DNA of 64,000 nt from Plasmodiophora brassicae (lineage: Eukaryota): NCBI GenBank assembly GCA_036867785.1, contig CP145414.1, positions 868,001-932,000 of the forward strand. Reading direction: 5' to 3'. The translations under genes were made by a program, and so were the position numbers. Below are positions 1 through 11,362 of the stretch, piece after piece. Below the pieces are notes generated by a model that searched no databases, was not told where the DNA came from, and was given only the letters and a program-made list of their open reading frames with translations. Each line of letters opens with the position of its first letter. The stretch's first letter is position 1.

Positions 1-32
1 TTCACGGACATTTGCGGCATCTGGCCTGTGCA

Positions 33-2394
33 ATGTCGAGTCGAGCGCTGCGACGCGCCTATCCAGCCGATCTGCCAGCTCCTGCATCCGCTGGTGATGA
101 TACTGACGAACAGGAGACCGAAGACGACCAGCAAGAGGCAGTCGTGAATGCGTTTGCAGCGCTGGCTGGGGACGAGAGCTCTGAAGCCGACAACGAGAGT
201 GTTGGTGGCGGAAGAACCCCATCTCCTGTTCGGCCTGCTGTTCGACAGGTCCAACCTAATTTATCAACAGCGTCCTTGCGTTATATTCTGAAGCGGTGCA
301 AAGCAGAAGAAGCCTGCGACGCAGACTCTGTCGATCGAGGAAGAGATTGCTCGATTTCAAGCAACGAATGCTGCTGCAGCGTCTGGAACATCTGCGGATC
401 ATGCAGAATCGAATGACGCCGCCTGCGACTCTCTACTGGACCGAGTCCTTCAGTGCGAAGCCAGATTCTTTGATTCGGAACGCGAACTACGAAACCTTTT
501 CGGTTCGGCTGCGCTGCAGGCTGAAACGTCCACTCAACCAGGTTAAAATGGACTTTGTATCGTCATCCTGTAAGTTGGGATCGCTAACCGCCATGACGCA
601 ACAGCTCGTGGTCGCAACCGAGGAGCCGCGGTCGCAGCCCAGCGAATTAAACGCGTGCGGAAGTCCATTCTGGTCAAAGCAAAGTACGTACAGGAGATGG
701 CATAAGGCAGACCATTTGTAACACTTAGAACAGGGATGATTGGCCTGTTGTACCTCTGGGCCAGCTAGGCCTTTCCATGCGATTTGACAGCAACGCTGGC
801 GAGTTCTCATTCTGCTGGGGTGCTGATTACGTCAGCATGCAAGAGCAGTTCGAAGCATGTGCGCGTACGCACGATCCCCAGGCCCTGGCAACGCTTCTGC
901 AATTGCAACCGTGGCACATTGGGACCCTGCTGCAAATGGTGTGCCGCGCCTACTTCAATGCCTTACCGGGCCTGCTTACTGCCGTCCCCTTAGAGCGATA
1001 TTTACCGCCTGCATGGTGAATTCCCAATCGCTGCAGACTTGGTGTCAAGAGCTATTTACGCGATGGAAGGAAACTTCCATCCCAAGTTTGACATTCTATC
1101 GGTATTCCTTCGTTTCGGTCGCGACACGGCTGCTCATTGCGTGCTGACAGGGACGTCCGGCTTGCTACCTGGATCTAAACCTGCCGGAAAATGCCAGTTT
1201 CTTCCGTGCGCTGCGACGTCATATGCAATTCGTTGGACGTCGCGGTTGTACTCGAACCGCTCTCGAGCTGTGTAAGCTTGCTCTCAAGATCACACGATCT
1301 CCGTAATCTCGAATGCTGGTCTCTTTGGTCGGAATGCGAAATCTGATTCGAGATTAGGTGGCCGTCCGGCCCGTCGCGGTACGCGACAGAGGCCCTGCTT
1401 CATCTGGAGCACTTTGCATTCCGTGCGTCGATCCCTCAATTTGTGCTGCAATTTGCCTCATCATACGACTATACGAACAACACGTCGAGGGGCGACGAAA
1501 TGATACCGCTGATCAATAGTGTCCTTATGCTACCCAGCTGGGCCTTCGCTGTTGCACTTGCGAAATACCTGACTGATAACCGGCGAGATTTGTTTACTGA
1601 TGTCGTTCTCGTCAATACCATTGTCGATACATCAGATACAACGCCGTCGGAGCTGGTGCAGCAGAGCCTGCTGCTGTACCCAGAAGTCCTTGAACGTATC
1701 TTGGTGAAGATCGGGTAGGTCATGGCAGATGCGTCTGCAGGCGTTGCAACATTGACACGTTTGATATAGGTCGAACGAGCCTCGTAAAGGACGATGGAAG
1801 AAAGTTCTTGGTCATTTGCATTTCCGTGAAGCCCGGTTGCGACTTGAAGACGAGTCAGGCCTGCGGAAGCTGGTGGACATTTTCATCGAGCGTTCTGGAA
1901 CTTTGTGGAAAGAGGAACAGGTAGGTCTTAGTGGATGGCGTGAGAGCCGCATTGACAATGCGAACAGGTCTTGGACTGGGTCAGTGCGAATGCTGAGCTC
2001 CTAGTTGATAAGTTGGACGAAGGTTTGTGATTTAGTCGCACTCATGAGGCCATGTTATCTTACGTTGTTCCAGGCCTGTGCGTCACTGACGAGTTCGACA
2101 AGGCTCGTAACGAGTTTTTGGCACGCTGCAAATCTGATGCCTATGGAGTGTCTAAACTAGACGTCAGCGAGTTTGGAGATCAGGGTGCAGTTCTCCCTGC
2201 TGGTGTCGACGTAGAAGAAAACGGTACGTACCCGGAAATCGTGTGGCTGTGACAGGATCCTAATAGCGTTTAATGCAGTGGCTGTTCAACGCGCCGCTAA
2301 CCCCTTCCAAGGCCAAAATCCGTTAGTGGCGTTTTTATCGTCTCTACTTCCTTGGGTCAATGCAGGAGATGCTCCTCCCCCACAGCCTGAATAG
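33..2394 (+). CDS. TCF25: TCF25/Rqc1-family ribosome quality control factor, multi-exon
   Basis: N-terminus MSSRALRR followed by an acidic tract and VNAFAALAG; internal HDPQALATLLQLQPWHIGTLLQM, RAIYAME..FHPKF and MLPSWAFAVALA; C-terminus NPLVAFLSSLLPW. These are typical TCF25 motifs. Stop TAG at 2392-2394. Confidence 0.85.
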
Positions 2395-2977
2395 CTTCCT
2401 TTCCAGTACAATACCAATTGTTTGGATTGACGAACTATGGGTAGTCCGTAGCACCGAGGCTTGCGGGTATAATTTACAAGACTGGTGGTAGGTATCCATT
2501 GTTAATACCGACGTGAGGCAGATGAAGCTGCCGGTTCATGTACGAACAACGTCTCGGGTTGCAATAACCACACGTTATTCCACCCGCTCTATGCCTTTTC
2601 CTCAGGGTTTGCACCGCGGCAGCTTACCGCTTGCCGATACCTGTTGGACTGACATCCTTAGGGATATTTGGGACCTCATCGACCGCGTTGTTCACCTTTC
2701 TATTCGATATTGATATGTCTCGTAGTCGAAGAGTGACCGTCCCGCAGATGTGTTTGGGAGAACTGACGGAAACGTTTCCCAAGGTGTCCGCGGATCACAA
2801 CGACGTCGCGGAGCCGGCCTCGGATTCGCACGCTGGGCTAAGTCGATCGATCAGTCTTAAGATACTGTCCGGGTCTACAATTGTCTCCAAAGTTTCGGAG
2901 CCTGTCATGCTGGCCGGTTGGAGAATAGCCTGCTCCCCTGACTTATGTAGTTGGGACCTCCAGCAACTGCATTTGCA

Positions 2978-4003
2978 ATGGTGGGTAGGGATACCGGGTC
3001 CGCGAACTGCAAGGACGGCGAGAAATCGAAGTACCTCATCCGCCTGCTCCAGAAGCAGGCGGATCTGGGCAAGTGCGCCGGTAACACCTTCAAGAAGGAG
3101 GCATGGAGAGCTGTCCATGCCAAATTCATTACGAAACTCAGGTTGGACTACTCGCTGGTTCAGCTGAAGAACCTCTTCGACTCGGTGGATTATACACCGT
3201 CATTGCATGTCAACGTGATTTTGATAACCATGTTGAAAACGAAATATTCACAGTTCCGTGCCCTCCTGGACTATTCCGGTTTCGGCTGAGACGACAACCG
3301 GAGGATCGCCACTGCACCAGATGACGTTTGGCAGAAGCTGATATCGGTAGTTCGCCATGCTGGCACTGATTCACACACTAATGATCGTTTCGATGGCAGG
3401 CCCAAATAGATCCGAAGAAGAATTACGTTGCGTGGCGAGACCGTCCGTTCCCATTGTACGATCATTTGTGCATACTTCTCGATGGCGCCCTTGCCACTGG
3501 AGAGGACGCTGAGGAGATCGGCGAACTGCTGCCCGAACGGGGTAACGTCCATGTACCCCGCGAGGATACATCTCGATCGTCAAGCGCCAATTCCGATACC
3601 TCGAGCTCCCTTCAACCAGCGGCTCGTCCCAGCAAGGACGAGGAATCACTCGGCCATCTGAGGCGTCGACGATAACGTCGCCCCTCAAGAAAAAACCGAA
3701 ACTTGAAACCGAACTGACACCGCGTAAATCAGCAGGCCACATCATGGCGAGCGCTTTCTCTCGGTACGTCGAAGGTATGATGAAGCCCTAAAGACCTGAC
3801 TTCGAGCCTCCTGCTATTCCTCTGACTTCACTCAAGCGGTCAACCTGCTAATGGAGGAGTACCAGTTCCAACTTTTGGACGAGGATCTAGCGGTTGCGGT
3901 GGATGTCGTCGCCAACCCAGTCAAGGCTGCGATGCTGCTGGCGCTGGCTCCAGGCGGACCTCGCGACGCTTGGGTTCGTCGTCAGATTGCTTTGCACAAG
4001 TGA
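2978..4003 (+). pseudogene. Myb/SANT-like DNA-binding protein of a PIF/Harbinger element, disrupted
   Basis: FKKEAW...QLKNLFD / LKTKYSQFRALLDYSGFG*DD..RIATAPDDVWQKL / WRDRPFPLYDHL, and C-terminal AAMLLAL...RDAWVRRQI. TGA stands at the normally Trp position of SGFGWD, with further stops and frameshifts downstream. Confidence 0.8.
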
Positions 4004-4078
4004 TCCATTTCTCGTGAGGTTGTACGCGACTCCCGTAATACAGTACATTTATGGGTTGATACCCCGGGTGCACCCTGA

Positions 4079-5390
4079 TCATTGACGTCGATTGCGCCCG
4101 CGATTGCATTGACGCGGAATGTTGATATAGTCTTCCCACATCGCCTGTGCAATGGCGTCCCGTTTGCTCTTCATTGCGTGATCGTCAGGTGCAGGAAAAT
4201 GTTGTTGTGGTCGGGGCGGACGGGTCTTTCGCAGGGCGTCGCGTATGGCGAGGTCTTCAAGGTACTGTGCCTCGAAATACTCGTGGTCCTCGAGATCCGA
4301 TATTACGTTGTGCAGAGCGCAAAGGGCATACACAAGGTGAACCTATATCGGTACCATGTAAGAAATACGATGTCGAATGTCCTAGGGTGTGGCATACCTG
4401 TGTTCCAAACGGATACTGTGGAACAGTTGCTAGTAGGGAGAAGCGCTTCTTCAGGACTCCGATCACGCGCTCGATGGCATTCCTTGCCTGACTGTGGCGC
4501 AGGTTGAACAGCTCCTTGGCGTTGGCCGGCTTTAAAGAACCTTGTTTTCATTCTCGAAGATGATAACGAACTCCCCGGTAGCGTGTCAAGCAATACGACG
4601 ACAGAGCATACCCAGCATCGCCCAGGTAATATTTGCCGTTAGGGATAACGAAACTCTTAGACATAGCACTGCCGAGAACTCGCCCATCGGACGCGGACCC
4701 CTCCCAGCCTGCGAGGACGTACATGAATCGCAGGTTGAACGAACAGACCGCAAGGACGTTCTGGCTGGCGAAATGCTTGCGGTTCCGAAATGGTCGTGCT
4801 CTGTGCTTAGGCGGCTGGCATGGAATATGGGTCCCATCCAAGGCACCCAGACAGTCCTTGAAGTATGGGAACCACTTCCGATTGTTCCGAATCTGACTTG
4901 GGACACGTCCAGGCTCAGGAAGTGCGATCACATCGGCACTCATCGTCACGAGCGCACGTAAGACATCATTAAAACATCTGGTCAACCGTTTTCAGCGCAA
5001 ATGATGGGCACTATGCGCATTTGGGTACCTACCGCGTAATTGTCCAACCGCTGCGCTGGAACCGTCCTTGGGCATCGCGGTTCGTTGCGGCGTGCCCGAC
5101 ATATACAGGAAAATGGCAAGTTTTTCGTCAACGGACGCCCAGCGGCTGGCTCGTAGAAGATCCTTGTCAATTAGATGGCGTCGCAGACAACGGAACGTCT
5201 CCTGCTCCATGCGCATGACCTCACGGAAGCGCCTGGGACTCCCAACGAGAAGCTCATCGACCCACGCTTGCCCTGGAAGGACAGACGTACGACATGGAGT
5301 CTTCAGCAGGTATATAACCATGTACAATACCGCCGCCACCACCAACGGGATGGCTCCATGCTCGTCCAGCACGGCGTGCGCAGCCGACAT
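4079..5390 (-). pseudogene. PIF/Harbinger DDE transposase (DDE_Tnp_4/HARBI1-like), disrupted
   Basis: RFREVMRMEQETF, SVDEKLAIFLY, FPYFKDCLGALDGTHIP, VLAGWEGSASDGRVL, YYLGDAGY, YHLRE*, FNLRHS..RNAIERVIGVLKKRF, ALHN. Frameshift after FLYMSG and an in-frame TGA at about 4548. Confidence 0.9.
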
Positions 5391-5541
5391 TGGAGCGGCG
5401 TTCGATAAGTTCTTTTTCGAAAAGACGTATGTAGCTCAGGCCTTACTTCTACAAAAACGACGTTTTCGGGAAAGGCCAAAGTTGCCAGACACATTCAAAA
5501 CGTTCGGGAAATACGTGCTCTCGAAACGTTGCAAAAAAACA

Positions 5542-5626
5542 TGCCACCTGCAGGATTTGAACCTGCGCCTTCCGGAGAAGACCAGAGCCTTAATCTGGCG
5601 CCTTAGACCAACTCGGCCAAAGTAGC
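5542..5626 (-). tRNA. tRNA-Leu(AAG)
   Basis: Reverse complement GCTACTTTGGCCGAGTTGGTCTAAGGCGCCAGATTAAGGCTCTGGTCTTCTCCGGAAGGCGCAGGTTCAAATCCTGCAGGTGGCA: acceptor stem, CCAGA/TCTGG anticodon stem with AAG, long variable arm, GTTCAAATC T-loop, followed by an oligo-T Pol III terminator. Confidence 0.95.
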
Positions 5627-6450
5627 AACGACGGGTATCCATACTTCGGTGGCAAAGTCATGCACGTTATAGCGTTTCCAACGTGGCATTGGCGGTCTCC
5701 GACTTCTGGGTTGGACCCAGCCCCACGTATTAATAGAGAGGTCCATCAACGCAGTGATTTGACAGAGCTGGCGCGGCTTAATATCACGATGACTGGCAGT
5801 GCAAAGTACGATGCGGAGCCGGGGTTCCCTCCTACGTCGTCGCTGTCGCTGCAGACCATGGCCAAATGTACTTCAGGATGCAGACCCAATGCGGTTGTGA
5901 CAATGGACGTTGCTGTGACGTTGTCCGATCGAGGAGACTCTCAGCAACCTCCTGTGAATAGGGCTGGGTTCGCCTAAGCGATATCGAAACGCTCCCATGT
6001 CCAATGGCCTACATACGTATGTAGGTAGTTGGGCGGCCCGGTCTACACAACGCAACGCGCCAAAAACCATTGACACACGGTACGAGTACGTTGCACATCT
6101 GGAGTCGGAAGAATATCGGCGAAGGTTCGGCTCGAACCCGCTCAATGACGCGAGAGACCGATGGACCGCATTGCCAACCGAAAAATATGGTCAGTTCGCG
6201 ATTGGGTTCTGTCTGCGTGAGAATAACCCGGCAGAGAAATTCAGTTGGTTGTGAGTAGCAACAGGTGTTGTATGGTAAATATAGTGATCAAGTGCTTGAT
6301 AAGTATATTGACGGTGTCGTGTTCCTCGGATTGTAGACCGGACCTCCCAACTAGGCCACCAGCTTCCGGCCATGTTGGTAGGTACAGGTTTTGACCCGAT
6401 CGAAGTGCCGAGAGCGTTTCTCGACACCGGAAAAACAAAAACAAAAGGAA

Positions 6451-6535
6451 TGCCACCTGCAGGATTTGAACCTGCGCCTTCCGGAGAAGACCAGAGCCTT
6501 AATCTGGCGCCTTAGACCAACTCGGCCAAAGTAGC
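6451..6535 (-). tRNA. tRNA-Leu(AAG), identical second copy
   Basis: Identical to 5542-5626 and has its own T-rich terminator (+ strand aaaaacaaaaacaaaa at about 6431-6446). Confidence 0.95.
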
Positions 6536-7608
6536 AACATGCACGAGTACGCAGCCTTTTTGAAAAGGTAAAACAATTTGCCAATGCAGCACTGTTGGGT
6601 ACAGAGCAAGACAATTGGCCACCTGCTTTCAGGCAGCCATCGACGAACAGTATTATACATTAGCAAAGATCTGCCGAAGCTAAGGGATTACTTATTCAAC
6701 CCAGCTACCTATGTAGAACCGCGGCGCTTGTGGCAACCTCCCATCCATGGCCTTGAGCCACAAAATGTGTACCTATCATAATCTTCACTAGTCCTGGTGT
6801 GCTGTTCGTCGACATCGCGTTCGTCGTCAGACTTGCACCTACGACTCGTCATTCAACTTGACGCCGAAAAGGCTGTGCAGCGTGCGCAACTACCGTTCGA
6901 GAGGCTGCCGGTCATCTGCAGAGTTGACAAACCTGCACGAATACGTGGAGCAGCGCCTTAAAACAACCTGGGCTGCCGGTTGGCGTTCTGGACACGCCAG
7001 TGTCCAGCACCCAAATCACAGTCGGAGAGCTCATGTCCTCATCTAACGAGGCTGATGTCAGTCGACATGACGATGTTCGGCAACTGTACTATGGTTGCTT
7101 TCGTCGTCGACATGGTCGGCACCTACACCGGTGTGATCATCCGCGACTCGACATTGTACCGGATTGTCAGAATCACGGAGGACGCTGAGACTGAATCGGC
7201 TTCCCTGCGTACCAACGACGTCGTATACGTCCGCGTCTGACGCCTCGTTCACGTCCAACCTACCGCTCCGGTTCCTCGCGTCGTCCAGGACAAACAATTG
7301 GGTGCCAGCAAGCGTAACCAGATTGGTTGCGCTCTGATTCACTTTCATCGTTTCCTGGATGACCCTGCAATGCGGGAGACCGTCTCTGCTCGACATTTTG
7401 ATGACCTGACCAGTGAAGATGTGACGGTGGAACCTGATCGAGCAGTTCGTCGATTACCAAGTTCGAAACCGTGAGCACCAACGGGTCTCGGATGAGGGAC
7501 CGTCTCGTTCGACGTTTCGGAGCGAACAACCCTGCCTATGGCCTCCTAAACGAAATTGGTATGGAGACGTTCGCAAGAGGCTGGAGAAGGCGTTGAGGGA
7601 TCGCGCCA

Positions 7609-7698
7609 ACGCCACAGGAACCGATACACCGGCGTTTCCTGCTGTAACTTAGGACGCCACAGGAACCGATACACCGGCGTTTCCTGCTGTAACTTAGG
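7609..7698. repeat. Perfect tandem duplication, 2 x 45 bp
   Basis: acgccacaggaaccgatacaccggcgtttcctgctgtaacttagg at 7609-7653 and 7654-7698. Confidence 0.95.
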
Positions 7699-7843
7699 TG
7701 CAGACATTTCCACCCGTACAGGCATGCCGCATGCTGGCAGGCGGGGATGGGGACAATGACAGTGAGAGCCTGCAGTGTCGCAGGCCGAAGTTCCATTTTG
7801 CACTTTGGTGTTCTGGGTGAGGGAGCTCGGTGAGCAGGCAGGT

Positions 7844-7876
7844 TGTCGAACGCGGTGTCGAACGCGGTGTCGAACG
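7844..7876. repeat. 12-bp tandem repeat (tgtcgaacgcgg), about 2.7 copies, directly upstream of ATG 7882
   Basis: tgtcgaacgcgg tgtcgaacgcgg tgtcgaacg read directly from the sequence. Confidence 0.85.
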
Positions 7877-7881
7877 TGCGA

Positions 7882-10512
7882 ATGTCGGCATTGTCTGCTG
7901 CGTCTATGCTTGACCCTCTGCTGGATCTCGGTTCCACTGCCGTTGAACGTACGTCGTCGGTGCGCGCTAACCCGTTCGTTGCTTGTAGAAGGTCTCGTCA
8001 AGCAGAACAGCGAACTGCACTCCGCGAACGCGACTTTGGTTTGAAACGACATTCACTGGATCTCCATCCCATGGATCTGATCCGTCCATTGTGTTAAGCA
8101 ACATGACATGCAGTTGGTTCTGTCACAGAGACGCGAGATCATGTCGACGCTATGCGACCTCGTCCGAAATGAGAAAGATATCTTCGCTCGACTTAGCGCT
8201 TGCAGATTGTCTCTTGCTTCTGGCAGTTCAAGGATTGAGTGGATGTCACAGAGTCTGAGAAATTACGATGCGGATCGCGCCGAGAAGTACGAAAACCATG
8301 ATAAAGGTATGTCGAGCGAATTAACGACTGCGGTTTGTGTTGGCTTACGTAAAATCGGCAGTCGAGCAAATGCTAGCAAATCTGTGCAATGCATCGCAAG
8401 ATGTAAAAGAGAGGACGGCATTCATATCGTCACAACGTCGTCACCTGTCAGGCCTCCGAACAAACCTGGAATCGCAACGTCGTCAAAGTACCCGCCTCTG
8501 ATCAATGTATTCCATCGTGTCCCTAACTTGCATAGTGCAACACGAACTGCTGCTACCATTACAGGCTTCCGTTCTCCATTTCGAAGAGTCCCGCCGACTG
8601 CTCACGACGTTACGCGATATCAACAAAGACACATGTAAGCTCAACTGCACATTAGCTTTACCGGTTTAAACTCAATGTTGACAGACATTGAGGCGCGCCG
8701 TGACGGTAACGCCCGGGAGGTCTCCGAACTACAAAGAAAGGCAGGCGCACGCGCCTTCATGAGTTTGTGTCTTGCAACCAAAGGGATTTGACGTTCAGTT
8801 TAACGAAGACCAAGCGATATCAGAATCACATCGCGATGAAGTTGAGGAATTGAAGGATTCAGTTCATGCGCTGGCAGAAGAGCATGCTGTCGCTTCAGCC
8901 AAGTACGAAGGCACCAGAATGAAACTTCGTGAATGGCGTTCACTGGTATATCAGCTTGTCGTCTTTGCGTTCTTTCTCTTCTAACCTGGGTTATACTGTA
9001 GATGCAGGCATCCAAAACGTCGTTTCGCGAGTTAGCTGCGTTGAGCACCAGACGTGATGCTGCCAAACAACGGCAGCAATGCGTTTCTGGCGAACTGCAA
9101 ATCATGCAAGACAGTTTGTTGACATCGAAAGATACCCTTCAGCCTCTCATCGATGAAACATCGCAACTGCACGATAGGTTCAATCAACTTATGCTGGGTT
9201 GATGCACCATTGCTGACGTACTCGCAGAGCCAATGCAAAGCAGCAGGAGGTTGAATTCGTGACAAACGACGTTGAGGAGAAGCAAAACCTGACCCTTCAT
9301 GTGCAAGAGAAAATCTCCAGACTTGATCAGGAAATGGAGAGCTACAACGACAGATTGCAATGCAAGCATGAGGAGCTGTATGGCAGGAGACCCTCATGAT
9401 CCGAGTTCTGCTAGTCTTAATGTTGCTTCTTCTGCGTACAGGATCTCCCTGGAGAAGTCGACCGCTGAAACCTGTAAATTCATTGGCAAGATGCGCCTTT
9501 CTCAATCGCTTTTCACTAGCAATTGCTCGACGGCCCTCATGCGGTTTACTGGCTCTGCTCGTGCACATCTCCTATCTCTTCGGGATGGTGTCCAAGCTTC
9601 ATTCGACAGGTCGTTCGAAACGGTTAACACCCTCGTGTATGCATGTCACGACCAGCTACTACCTGGAAACACTCTATAACGACATGGGATCAGGATGGAT
9701 ATCGCCCGACTGCATGACGCGAACGCATCGTCAGCAGGGGTCTACGAGGCGCTTCAGTTACAGATTCGGGAGTTATCTGAAACGCCGACGACGGAAGAGA
9801 AGCTTCAGTTACAGGTGTGATCTCTAATGCTGAAAGTATTTGTCATTGACAGCTTACGAGAGTATGAAGAAGCTGACTCAACTCGATGCCCGCATCAAAG
9901 AGTTTTCTATCAAGCTGGCCGCTTCACGTTCAGAGCACGACCAGCTGTCACGCGATCGCGAAGCGCGTCTTTGTCGTCTCGTCTCTCTTCGGTCGACAAT
10001 AGCAGTACAGACGACCGCACTTGAGGCTGTTCGTCAGAAAACTGAAGGCCTCCACAATGATGTAGGTCGTTGTCTCGGCTTCGTTTGGGTTTGAATGCTG
10101 ACCGGATAATGAGATGGAGCGTGATGCTGGCCAACACCGCGCTGCTATAGACGATCTGAAGAAGAAGCATGAAACTGATATGCGGTCGTTGGCGACAATC
10201 AATGACTATGGTCCATTACCGAAGGAATTGCAAGTCGAGATGAATACCAGAAAGCTAAGCCAGAACCGTGAATTCCACTTGACGATGAGCGCACTTGTAA
10301 GTGCCATCGTCCGAGTGCATAGCGTCAACTGCTGATACGTCATATTGGCAAAGGACAAACAAATCGAATCCGCGAAACGGCGCATTGCCCTTCTACAGAA
10401 GCGTCAGGGACGTGAACAGCAGCACGGTCCGGCCAAACCGTCCGATAGCGCTGCCGCCGCCACGCAGGAGACTGACAGTCTAACTGATATTGGAGACGAG
10501 TGGCTTCTTTAG
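7882..10512 (+). CDS. Long coiled-coil protein, multi-exon, function unknown
   Basis: Splices as MSALSAASMLDPLLDLGSTAVE|QGLVKQNSELHSANATL|QHDMQLVLSQRREIMSTLCD... with heptad-rich exons (EVEELKDSVHALAEEH, MKKLTQLDARIKEFSIKL) and ends ...TDIGDEWLL*. Confidence 0.65.
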
Positions 10513-10606
10513 AACGAGATTGTTCGTACTCTACTACAATACAGAAGTCGCGCTCAATCGGCGGGGTTGCGGGCTATTTCGCAGTGTTCAGTTGTCGTCG
10601 GCTGCC

Positions 10607-11294
10607 ATGGCATCGTCGTCGTCAGAATCCGATGACCAGCCACTGGCCACGAAACTTGTAGGTCTGCTGACGTCCGCCGCTTGCTGCATGTCAGGTAATG
10701 CGGTTTAGCAGAAACCCAAACCGTCAGTCAAGAAGGAGAAAAAGCCTAATGTCAAGAAGGAGGCGAAACCTCGCGCCGAGTTGTCGAAGGATAGAAAACC
10801 GAAGATCGAGCGCACTTCCGACGACGACGCAGTCATAGGAAATAAGAAACGAACTGTATCCCCAAAGAAAGCGGTCAAGGTCAAGAAGGAATCGAAACCC
10901 AAAGCCAAGAAGGAAATGCAGGTATAAGGTTTAGCATTGACCGACCGATAATAATCTTAACGTAATGTCAGGAGTCAACTGTGAAAAGGCCGTCTAAGAA
11001 ACCGAAGAAGGAATTTGGAAAGCCAGGACAGAAACACGATGAACCTCCCTTCGTGCGTATATCGCGAGCATCTGTTGAGGTATGTTATTCTGACGAGCAC
11101 GTGTGTAGCTGGACTGTTTGAGGCTGTTCTACGAAAGTTTGTACAATGAGGAAAGGGCGATGGGGCGTTACGATGGCCGAGGGCCGTTATCAATGGCAGA
11201 GCAGTGGTGCATGGAGCGAGGCGTGTTTGACCTGGAACATCAGACTGCGCTCTTCAACCGGTCGCAGAAAGGGGGCCAGCTCAAGAAACGCTGA
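10607..11294 (+). CDS. Lys-rich conserved hypothetical protein
   Basis: MASSSSESDDQPLA, a KKE-rich region, and C-terminal PGQKHDEP..DCLRLFYESLY...SMAEQWCMERG, resembling an uncharacterised plant/protist family (PGQK.DPP..DPLRIFYESL..SEMA..W). Assignment from memory. Confidence 0.7.
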
Positions 11295-11362
11295 AGTAGT
11301 GTCACAAGTATAGTCAAGACATACCAGCGGAGCCAATTATCGGGAGCAGTAGATATTTTATT

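Larger units (their letters stand above)
2978..5390. mobile_element. Decayed PIF/Harbinger DNA transposon (Myb gene and transposase gene, convergent)
   Basis: The diagnostic two-gene combination is present. No convincing TIR or TSD was found, so the limits are the coding remnants only. Confidence 0.8.

Noticed and set aside
3287..4550. TGA at conserved Trp positions in both Harbinger genes (SGFG*D, YHLRE*), plus three in-frame TGAs at 5898-5957, hinting at UGA recoding
   Set aside because: TGA is the true stop of intact genes in this window (GNPDA, peroxiredoxin, STELLO-like), Trp is TGG elsewhere, and the same relics also have frameshifts and a TAA stop. Ordinary decay explains it.
2400..5540. 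Terminal inverted repeats for the Harbinger element
   Set aside because: No matching inverted pair with a TAA/TTA duplication was found by eye.
6580..7560. Protein-like fragments in shifting frames
   Set aside because: Multiple stops and frameshifts and no recognisable family, so no product can be supported.
7609..7698. Possible CRISPR-like array
   Set aside because: Two abutting copies with no spacers, in a eukaryotic context, with no cas genes.
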